Part shown: positions 62,310-64,000 of the stretch, piece by piece
How the letters are laid out: every line of letters begins with the position of its first letter
Numbering within the stretch: position 1 is the first letter of the stretch
Source of the DNA: Vicugna vicugna
Taxonomy: Eukaryota
DNA length: 64,000 nucleotides
Assembly: GCA_013265495.1 (NCBI GenBank)
Contig: MU058781.1
Coordinates: forward strand, 5,936,118-6,000,117
Direction: 5' to 3'
The notes under the pieces: model-generated
Seen by the model: only the letters and a program-made list of their open reading frames with translations
What the model was told of the DNA's origin: nothing
The model's database searches: none
Made by a program: the position numbers and the translations under genes

Positions 62310-63682
62310 AAGTTATCTACCCAGAACGCTATATTCAGGGGAAGCATCCAGGGGAAGCACAAAGGTGGAATCAAGATACTCTCAGATGAAGGAGAACTAA
62401 GAGAATTTGTCACCAGCAGACCAACCCTAAAGAACGAGTAAAGGAAGTTCTCTAAACATCAGGGAGAAAGAAAGGGCCAGTGAGCAAAAATATGGATAAA
62501 CATAGTAGATTTTCTGTCTCCTCTTGAGCTTTCTGAATTATGCTTCATTGGAGAAGCAAAAATTATACCAATGTCTGGTTCTAAATATGTGTAGAGGAAA
62601 TAAGAAAATTAGATGTCATCAAAATTGAAAACTTTTGCTCTGTGAAAGACCCTGTTAGGAGGATGAAAAGACATGACTCTGAGTAAATATTTGCAAACCA
62701 GATATCCATCAGAGGATATACAAAGAATATACAAAGAACTTGGAAAAACCAGCAGTTAAAATACCAATTAGAAAATGGGCAAAAGGAATGAAGAGACATT
62801 TCACTAAAGAGGACATACAGGTGGCAAATAAGCACATGAAAATATGTTCAACATCATTAGCCATTAGGAGGATGCAAATTAAAAACATGAGATATTACTG
62901 TGCATCTATCGGAATGACTAAAATAAAAAACAGTGACCACCACCAAGTGCTGGTGAAGATGTAGAGAAACTGGATCCCTCCTACATTTGGTAACCCCGAA
63001 CCACACAGCCTCTCTGGAAAACAGTTTGCAGTTGCTTTAAAAAATAAATGTGCAACTACCATATGAGCCAGATATTGGCCTCTGGAGTGTTCACCCCAGA
63101 GAAAGGAAGACTTATGTTCATACCAAAACCTGTCCATAAATGTTTGTAATAATTTTATGTGCGATAGCCAAAAACTGGAAACACCTTGAAAGTCCTTTGA
63201 ATGAGTGGATGTTAAACAAACCACAGTACATCCAAAGGACGGAATACTATTTGGCGATAATAAGAACAAACTATTGATGTGAGCCGCGACCTGGATGAGT
63301 GTCCTGAGAGTTATGCTGCATCAAAAGAGCCAATTCCAAAAGGTTGTGCACTGAGAGATGCCATTTGTATAACAGAGTTAAAATAACAAAATCATAGAAA
63401 TGGAGAACTGGCTAGTGGTTGCTAGGGTCAAGGAGGGGATGGTGGTAGGAGAGAGGCTGATAAAGGCTATATGTGGCTATAAAGGCCGACATGAGAGACC
63501 CTTGTGGTGGCAGGAATACTCTGTACCTTGATTGAAGCAATGCTAATATCCTGGTTGGAACAGGGTGCTCCTGTTTTGCAAGATGTTGCTATAGGAGTGA
63601 ACTGGGTAAAGAGTATGTGGGGTCTCTGGATTATTTCTTACGACTGCATGTGAATCTACGGTTCTCTCAAAATAAAAATAAT
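62310..63682 (+). mobile_element. Old L1 (L1MC-like): ORF1-end piece joined to ORF2 3' half and 3'UTR
   Basis: ctcagatgaaggagaactaagagaatttgtcaccagcagacc (ORF1 end); PIRKWAKGMKRHFTKEDIQVANKHMKICSTSLAIR (ORF2); 3'UTR ending ctgcatgtgaatctac...ctcaaaataaaaa. Confidence 0.88.
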
Positions 63683-64000
63683 TGTAAAAGCTCGGCACTG
63701 GGTAGGTCACTCCAATGGATCTTGTCTTTGTCTATGGCAGGACTCCAGGTGAAACCAGAACTGCCTGGGCTTTGTCTCCTCCCCGCCTTCCCTCTGCCAC
63801 CACCCCCTCCCAGCTGTCACTGTTACCCAGTCTGTGTGGGGCACTGGGCCCAAGGCTGGAGTTCTCTTCCAGACCTACACTAACCTTGACACTCTGCTCC
63901 TGGGAAACAGTGCCTAAAGTCCTTTGTATTCACCAGATTATCTAAATCTTTCAAAGGCCTCAAGGGCGAGATTTGGGACAAAGAGGCCATGATCGCTGAA

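Overview
Mammalian genomic DNA, most likely a camelid (three Vic-1-type tRNA-derived SINEs plus cetartiodactyl-type L1 3' ends). The window holds the 5' end of ATXN1 (ataxin-1) on the minus strand: a CpG-island promoter (~35.8-38.4 kb), non-coding exon 1 (37156-~37341), a 50-nt cassette exon 2 (29755-29804), a 115-nt exon 3 (28954-29068), and ~29 kb of intron 3 running off the left edge. The gene was identified by similarity to the human ATXN1 5'UTR as I remember it, not by a database search. The ATXN1 CDS and CAG/polyQ tract are not in the window, and I find no credible protein-coding exon. The right 26 kb is repeat-rich upstream DNA (L1, L2, MIR, MaLR LTRs, hAT MITEs, an old U6 pseudogene). 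The most interesting signal is a possible splicing-gated translational switch: the only AUG in exons 1-3 lies in exon 2 and opens a uORF that stays open through exon 3, and exon 2 has a weak donor followed by ten YCAY (NOVA-type) motifs. Other leads: a candidate spliced divergent lncRNA, a candidate alternative first exon, an antisense poly-Gly micro-ORF over a GGC repeat, a CArG/YY1/E-box promoter module, a perfect DR4, and a U6-L1 junction. Nothing here amounts to a demonstrated new biological system. Repeat subfamily names and boundaries are by eye and approximate.
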